NCBI RefSeq assembly: GCF_000143415.4
Contig: NW_003314289.1
Location: forward strand, 1,730,293 to 1,794,292
Origin: Selaginella moellendorffii
Taxonomy: Eukaryota > Plantae > Lycopodiophyta
DNA length: 64,000 nucleotides
Direction: 5' to 3'
This document shows, piece after piece, positions 62,958 through 64,000 of the stretch (positions are counted from its first letter, which is position 1; each line of letters starts with the position of its first letter). A program made the translations under genes and the position numbers. Below the pieces are notes generated by a model, which made no database searches, was not told where the DNA came from, and saw only the letters and a list, made by a program, of their open reading frames with translations.

Positions 62958-64000
62958 CAAATAAAATGTTTTGTACAAAGGGATCAAGAACAATTGACAC
63001 CACCTATAGATCCATAAATGCTTGCTTTTGATATTCCTCTAAATCCTGGCCCATCCACCAAAAGACCTTAGCTATCTTCTATCCTTCTAAAAGGAAGTAA
63101 TGCTTTGAAGTTCAAATGTACAACTACAATGCAATATACTATTATTAGCATATTAGGATTTTGATAGCCATCAGATTAGTTTCAATCTTGACCACCCGCT
63201 ATTGTATTTAAATTAGGGTTTTTGGGTTAATTGATATGCATATTTCTATATTCTATTTTCATATTCCACACGCTCACATATATATTATTACACCTTTACT
63301 TTAAAATTTAATCTATACTCTAGTGAAGATTGGGGATGTTCTGGAGCTCAGCCAAAGTTGAGCAGTGGATTCATCCACAAGAAGGAGAGCTAGCTCCAGA
63401 ATCCTGCAGTTGCTAGTGGCTTCACATTCTTCTCAGGGATCTGTTGTTTGGATACTATAATGTTATAAATAGTATAATGAATAATAATACATGTTTTTCT
63501 GCCAAAGGGTAAATGAATTTCTTCTGTTTTGCATAGGTAGCGAGGTGGTGGGAAACCCCTTGGTTGGCAGGGAAATCTCTCTCACTCCAAGGGTCCTGGG
63601 GAACTGGTCCCATCTCAAGACAGCTCTTGGGTGGTGCTAGAAGTTTGAGTGGAGCTGGCGTGTGGACATAGGCCATGTTCCAAGGATACCTCATTGTTGG
63701 ATCTACTAGAGCTTGTAGCCACACTCATGAATCTCTGTGAAGGCACAGCACTCCTACCCCAAGCGGTGCAACTCGCAGGAGGCAGCGCTCCAAAGCTGGA
63801 GCCTGCAGTGAGACGAGCTGCAGCTTGAAGCAAGTCCACTCCAGCTCACGCTGGATTTGCCATTGTATGCAGCGCAATTGCCTAAGATCTCAGCAATAAC
63901 ACCGCTCACATTGAGAATCCTTGCACCCTGATCTAGGCCGTGCTGAGCTCCTCATCCAGAGTTTCTGAGGCAGCACACAGTATGAGACCATGTAAGCCTT

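Larger units (their letters stand above)
55909..64000 (-). repeat. Inverted, more diverged paralog of the inter-copy spacer ~11133-19180
   Basis: Reverse complement gives the patatin fragment (55909-56097), the third-family LTR, the old gypsy pol, and the ICS downstream flank (ORFs 63455/63615 mirror 11256/11294). Confidence 0.9.

Overview
Eukaryotic land-plant nuclear DNA. The ~50-65 bp introns and ~100-500 bp intergenic gaps suggest a compact lycophyte genome such as Selaginella; this is an inference. The first 7.7 kb holds three ordinary intron-rich genes on the + strand: DEX1 (5'-partial), eIF2A with two U12-type introns, and a PNPLA/ATGL-like patatin. The remaining 56 kb is a repeat-rich, rearranged array built around an intronless 521-aa isocyanide synthase of the DIT1/PvcA family, resembling the fungal Dit1 type. 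It is present as four intact, almost identical copies (8094, 19981, 33941, 51545), and a fifth inverted copy is predicted just beyond the window end. This family is known from bacteria and fungi, so the array is a candidate horizontally acquired and amplified plant isocyanide or N-formyl-amino-acid pathway; its promoter is rich in plant defence-type motifs. The spacers contain patatin 3' pseudo-fragments, decayed Ty3/gypsy elements and 5S-rRNA-bearing Cassandra-type TRIMs. Two further structures stand out. One is a TSD-bounded Cassandra/chromovirus chimeric retroelement (40053-45771). The other is an 8.3-kb inversion (46495-54838) that splits a gag gene and flipped copy 4. Copy number needs confirmation because units 2 and 3 are near-identical and the array contains N gaps.
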